DNA of 62,012 nucleotides, the filler included. It is 7 parts of 7 records of this genome, joined end to end, with 100 filler letters (N's around TTAATTAATTAA, not from the genome) between each part and the next. Parts side by side here need not be neighbours in the genome. Positions count along the whole stretch, not along the records: positions 57,516 to 62,012 come from SRR20825010_4856; 6 more parts are not named here. One strand, given 5' to 3'. Numbering within the stretch: position 1 is the stretch's first letter; the number at the start of each line of letters is the position of its first letter. Both the position numbers and the translations under genes were made by a program. Below are positions 58,187 through 62,012 of the stretch, in pieces. Below the pieces are notes generated by a model that worked only from the letters and a program-made list of their open reading frames with translations, searched no databases and was not told the origin of the DNA.

Positions 58187-59863
58187 ATGGGTTACAGATT
58201 TGGCCAAATGCTGACAGCACTATTCCTTGTGCTGCTTGCCAGTGTGAGCTGGGCTGAAGAGCCGCTGCAGGACCCGACAGCACCGCCCCGGACCACAACA
58301 GAGAACAGCGTGGATGAAATCGATATTCTTCCCCTGTCGCTCCAGGAAATTCTCAACCGGTTGACCAACCGCAGCTTTGATGAAAAAGAAGCTGCCATTC
58401 GTCAACTGGCAAAGCAGGACAACCCTCGTGTTGTACCGCTACTCAACGCCTTAATGAACCGCGAGCTGGTACACAATCGCAAAGACGACACCATCGCGCT
58501 GGGCGTCAAGAAAGATGGCCAGTGGGAACTTCGCGATCCGGAAAGCAGCGAAGTCATCGGCCAGGCGGATAGCCGGGCTGTACGCCCGGTGATCATCAAC
58601 AACCGCCTGCGTACCGTGATCAATAACCAGTTGGCACTGGTCGCTCTGAACGACCCCGACAGCGATATCCGCTACCAGGCCGCCGGGCAACTGATCGGCA
58701 ATGATGACGCGGAAATGCTTGCGGCTCTGACAACCCGCCACTACCAGGAATCCCACCCCCGCGTTGTTGCGCAAATTGATACCGCACTGAACATTGCCGC
58801 CCTGCGCAGTGATGACCTCACTACACGGCTGGACGCCATCGAGGCACTTGCCGGCAACCTGCATCCGGAAGTAAAAAACGCACTCAACACGCGTCTTCTG
58901 GCTGCCGACACCCCTCAGGAATCACAGGCCCTGGAAAAAGCCATCGCCCGCATTGAAGCTCGCATCGACACCTTCCAGACTGCCGACACCGTGTTCTTCG
59001 GCCTGAGCCTGGGGTCCGTTCTGCTGCTGGCAGCCATTGGTCTGGCCATTACCTTCGGCGTCATGGGCGTCATCAACATGGCCCATGGCGAGCTGATCAT
59101 GCTCGGCGCCTATACCACCTATGTGGTGCAACAACTTCTGCCTGACAGCCATGAGTGGTCGTTATTGATTGCCGTTCCCGCTGCCTTTCTGGTATCCGCC
59201 TTTGTCGGCGTGCTGATTGAACGGTTTGTGATTCGCTTTCTTTACGGGCGTCCGCTGGAAACCCTGTTGGCCACCTTTGGTGTCAGCCTGATTCTGCAAC
59301 AGGCGGTACGGGTGATCTTCTCCCCGCTCAACCGCACCGTCATCACCCCGGAGTGGATGAGTGGCGCACTGGAAATCAATCCCGTGTTCTCGCTGACCTA
59401 CAACCGTCTGTACATCATCGTCTTTGCCCTGGCGGTCTTCCTCGCTTTGCTCGCCCTGCTCAAGAAAACCCGGCTGGGCTTGCAAGTCCGTGCAGTGAGC
59501 CAGAACCGCGCTACCGCACGCGGCCTTGGTATCCGCAGTGAACGGGTCAACGCCCTGACCTTCGGGCTGGGATCGGGTATCGCAGGGGTTGCCGGCGTCG
59601 CCCTGGCTCAGCTGACCAACGTGGGCCCCAACCTGGGCCAGAGCTACATCATCGATTCCTTCATGGTGGTGGTATTCGGCGGGGTCGGCAATCTGTGGGG
59701 CACCCTCACTGCAGCGTTCAGCCTCGGCATTGCCAATAAATTACTGGAGCCCATGGCCGGCGCGGTCCTGGCCAAGATTGTCGTACTGGTCTTCATCATT
59801 CTGTTTATCCAGCGCAAACCGCGGGGCCTGTTCCCGCAACGTGGCCGGGCGGCGGAGGAATAA
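58187..59863 (+). CDS. urtB: Urea ABC transporter permease with periplasmic HEAT-like N-terminal domain
   Basis: GLAITFGVMGVINMAHGE, LYGRPLETLLATFG and NVGPNLGQSYIIDSF; ATG at 58187 after AAGGAG. Confidence 0.93.
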   Translation: MGYRFGQMLTALFLVLLASVSWAEEPLQDPTAPPRTTTENSVDEIDILPLSLQEILNRLTNRSFDEKEAAIRQLAKQDNPRVVPLLNALMNRELVHNRKDDTIALGVKKDGQWELRDPESSEVIGQADSRAVRPVIINNRLRTVINNQLALVALNDPDSDIRYQAAGQLIGNDDAEMLAALTTRHYQESHPRVVAQIDTALNIAALRSDDLTTRLDAIEALAGNLHPEVKNALNTRLLAADTPQESQALEKAIARIEARIDTFQTADTVFFGLSLGSVLLLAAIGLAITFGVMGVINMAHGELIMLGAYTTYVVQQLLPDSHEWSLLIAVPAAFLVSAFVGVLIERFVIRFLYGRPLETLLATFGVSLILQQAVRVIFSPLNRTVITPEWMSGALEINPVFSLTYNRLYIIVFALAVFLALLALLKKTRLGLQVRAVSQNRATARGLGIRSERVNALTFGLGSGIAGVAGVALAQLTNVGPNLGQSYIIDSFMVVVFGGVGNLWGTLTAAFSLGIANKLLEPMAGAVLAKIVVLVFIILFIQRKPRGLFPQRGRAAEE

Positions 59864-59864
59864 C

Positions 59865-61025
59865 ATGCGAGATTCAACTTTCAAAAGCGCCTTTAATGAC
59901 CGCACGGCAAAAACCTTCATGGCAGTGCTGTTTGGTGCCACCCTGCTGGTAACGGTCCTTAACCAACTGTTCCCTGCTGACTCGGCCCTCCATGTGAGCG
60001 CCTATACCGTGACCCTGCTGGGCAAGTACCTGTGCTATGCCCTGCTGGCGCTGGCACTGGACTTGGTGTGGGGCTACTGCGGCATCCTCAGCCTCGGCCA
60101 TGGTGCCTTTTTTGCACTGGGCGGCTACGCCATGGGCATGTACCTGATGCGTCAGATCGGTGACCGGGGCGTTTACGGCAACCCGGAACTGCCGGACTTC
60201 ATGGTCTTTCTCAACTGGAGTGAACTGCCCTGGTACTGGCACGGCTTCGACCAATTCTGGTTCACCGCGCTGATGATTTTGCTGGTCCCCGGTCTGCTGG
60301 CATTTGTGTTCGGCTGGCTTGCCTTCCGTTCCCGGGTCACCGGGGTGTATCTGTCGATCATCACCCAGGCGCTAACTTATGCATTGATGCTGGCGTTTTT
60401 CCGCAACGAGCTGGGCTTTGGTGGCAACAACGGGCTCACCGACTTCAAGGATTTGCTGGGCTTTTCACTGCAATCCGACACCACCCGCGTGGGGTTGTTG
60501 ATCGCCACCGCCGTGGCGCTGGCTGGCGCCTTCATTCTGTGTCGCTGGATTACCGGCAGCAAGCTTGGCCGCGTGGTCATGGCGGTGCGGGATGCAGAGT
60601 CCCGGGCACGGTTTGTGGGCTACCGAACCGAGCATTACAAGCTGTGGATATTCACCCTCAGCGCCATTCTTGCCGGCATTGCCGGGGCACTTTATGTCCC
60701 GCAGGTTGGCATCATCAACCCCGGCGAATTTTCGCCACTCAACTCCATTGAGCTGGTGGTATGGGTCGCCGTGGGCGGACGCGCCACACTGTACGGCGCG
60801 GTAATCGGTGCCATTCTGGTGAACTACGGCAAAACCGTATTCACTGGCATCATGCCGGAGGCCTGGTTGTTCGCCTTGGGTGGGTTGTTTGTGGCGGTCA
60901 CCGTATTCCTGCCCCATGGTCTGGTAGGGCTGGTGGCAGAAAACTGGGGCAAGGTAAAAACCCGCTTCGCCCAAAATGGAAACGCATCCAATACCACCAA
61001 CCCGGCAGAAGGAGACACGCCATGA
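59865..61025 (+). CDS. urtC: Urea ABC transporter permease
   Basis: LGKYLCYALLA, WGYCGILSLGHG, LPDFMVFLNW and GFGGNNGLTDF; ATG at 59865. Confidence 0.94.
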   Translation: MRDSTFKSAFNDRTAKTFMAVLFGATLLVTVLNQLFPADSALHVSAYTVTLLGKYLCYALLALALDLVWGYCGILSLGHGAFFALGGYAMGMYLMRQIGDRGVYGNPELPDFMVFLNWSELPWYWHGFDQFWFTALMILLVPGLLAFVFGWLAFRSRVTGVYLSIITQALTYALMLAFFRNELGFGGNNGLTDFKDLLGFSLQSDTTRVGLLIATAVALAGAFILCRWITGSKLGRVVMAVRDAESRARFVGYRTEHYKLWIFTLSAILAGIAGALYVPQVGIINPGEFSPLNSIELVVWVAVGGRATLYGAVIGAILVNYGKTVFTGIMPEAWLFALGGLFVAVTVFLPHGLVGLVAENWGKVKTRFAQNGNASNTTNPAEGDTP

Positions 61026-61867
61026 GCGCATTGGACAGTTTGCGCGAAACCTTTCGCCGTGATCAGGTATTCGATTTCATGCGCCAGGGCACACGCCCGG
61101 TGGCGCCTGGCCAGCTCGATTCCGGCGCCGGTAAAAACATTCTCTATCTGGAGGATATCACCGTCAGCTTTGATGGTTTCAAGGCCCTCAATGACCTGAC
61201 GATGTATATCAAGACCGGTGAGTTGCGCTGCATCATCGGCCCCAACGGGGCCGGAAAATCCACCATGATGGATGTCATTACCGGCAAAACACGGCCCGAT
61301 AGCGGCACCTGCTTTTTTGGCCAGACTCTGGACCTGACCCGCATGAGCGAAACCGATATCGCCACTGCCGGGATTGGCCGCAAATTCCAGAAGCCTACCG
61401 TGTTCCCCGAACACACCGCATTCGAAAATCTGGAGCTGGCCATGCACGGGGCCAAAGGCCCCTGGCATTCTCTCTTCACCCAGCTCAGCGGCGAGCAAAA
61501 AAACTGGATCGAGGAAACGCTGTACACCGTCGGGCTACTGGAGGATCGCAACAAGGTCGCAGGTCTGCTTTCCCATGGCCAGAAACAGTGGCTGGAAATC
61601 GGCATGGTCCTGATGCAGAAACCACAGCTACTGCTGGTGGACGAACCCATCGCCGGCATGACCCGCCAGGAAGTGGAACGCACCGGCGAACTTTTGCAAA
61701 GCCTGGCCGGCAAACATTCTGTGGTGGTGGTTGAACACGACATGGAGTTCATTCGTTCCATTGCCAGCACCGTTACCGTACTTCATCAGGGCAGCGTGCT
61801 GGCTGAAGGCACCATGGAGCAGGTGCAGAATGATCCGAAAGTGATCGAGGTTTACCTGGGTGAATAA
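61022..61867 (+). CDS. urtD: Urea ABC transporter ATP-binding protein
   Basis: IGPNGAGKST, GIGRKFQKPTVF and LSHGQKQWLEIGM; ATGA overlap with urtC. Confidence 0.94.
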   Translation: MSALDSLRETFRRDQVFDFMRQGTRPVAPGQLDSGAGKNILYLEDITVSFDGFKALNDLTMYIKTGELRCIIGPNGAGKSTMMDVITGKTRPDSGTCFFGQTLDLTRMSETDIATAGIGRKFQKPTVFPEHTAFENLELAMHGAKGPWHSLFTQLSGEQKNWIEETLYTVGLLEDRNKVAGLLSHGQKQWLEIGMVLMQKPQLLLVDEPIAGMTRQEVERTGELLQSLAGKHSVVVVEHDMEFIRSIASTVTVLHQGSVLAEGTMEQVQNDPKVIEVYLGE

Positions 61868-61945
61868 CAGCCCCTGTAGCAGGCAGCGCCGCTCTCAGTG
61901 CTCTACGAGTATGAGGCGAGAAAAAACGCCATCAATTGGCAGTAC

Positions 61946-62012
61946 CGAGAAGCGAGTAACGAGTTTCGAAACCCGAAAATTCTTTTGCCTTTCGAAACTC
62001 GCTTCTCGTAAC
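61946..62012. repeat. Heptamer repeats arranged as an imperfect inverted repeat
   Basis: CGAGAAG-CGAGTAA-CGAGTTT-CGAAACC-CGAAAAT, then the inverted TTTCGAAACTCGCTTCTCGTAAC. Confidence 0.7.

Noticed and set aside
58079-61021. Extended N-termini given by the track for urtB, urtC and urtD (likewise birA, betI and the FAD subunit)
   Set aside because: The extensions overlap neighbouring genes or regulatory DNA; downstream ATGs have an RBS or stop-start coupling.
1-62012. CRISPR arrays, rRNA, tRNA, intact IS or prophage genes
   Set aside because: No regularly spaced direct repeats, RNA-gene signatures, or transposase or phage motifs were recognised by eye; a covariance-model scan would be needed to exclude small RNAs.

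Overview
This window is not one locus. It is seven unrelated contigs joined by artificial 100-nt spacers (N-run, TTAATTAATTAA, N-run), so adjacency across a spacer carries no meaning. Taxonomic labels below are inferred from gene content and composition. Contig 1 (1-7896, GC-rich, Rhodobacteraceae-like): reductive nicotinate catabolism cluster with 6-hydroxynicotinate reductase (missed by the ORF track), a fused [2Fe-2S]/Mo hydroxylase, an FAD subunit, a MarR regulator and a LIV-type ABC importer. Contig 2 (7997-25074, Flavobacteriaceae-like): Wzx/Wzy capsular polysaccharide cluster with a 6-deoxy-L-HexNAc pathway, CapK-like and TupA-like ligases and a probable gmd relic. Contig 3 (25175-38777, Marinobacter-like): decayed integron (intI pseudogene, LexA box, candidate attI, start of a GFA-family cassette), PfkB, LOG, diguanylate cyclase, deacetylase, BCCT/betIBA and ahpCF. 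Contig 4 (38878-43488): nuoN-birA-coaX-rnj and the 3' end of a DEAD-box helicase. Contig 5 (43589-47558): cobW-cobN. Contig 6 (47659-57415, Cytophagales-like): RND pump, metallophosphoesterase, YihY, DUF4442 and an atypical Sia-like signalling locus. Contig 7 (57516-62012): urtABCD urea transporter. The best candidate for an undescribed system is the contig-6 locus. There, siaB and siaC are followed by a membrane protein with a SiaD-like stalk but no GGDEF domain, and they face a coiled-coil-repeat histidine kinase and a REC-PP2C protein whose visible catalytic aspartates are substituted. No rRNA, tRNA or CRISPR array was recognised. All family assignments come from motif recognition by eye; no database searches were run.
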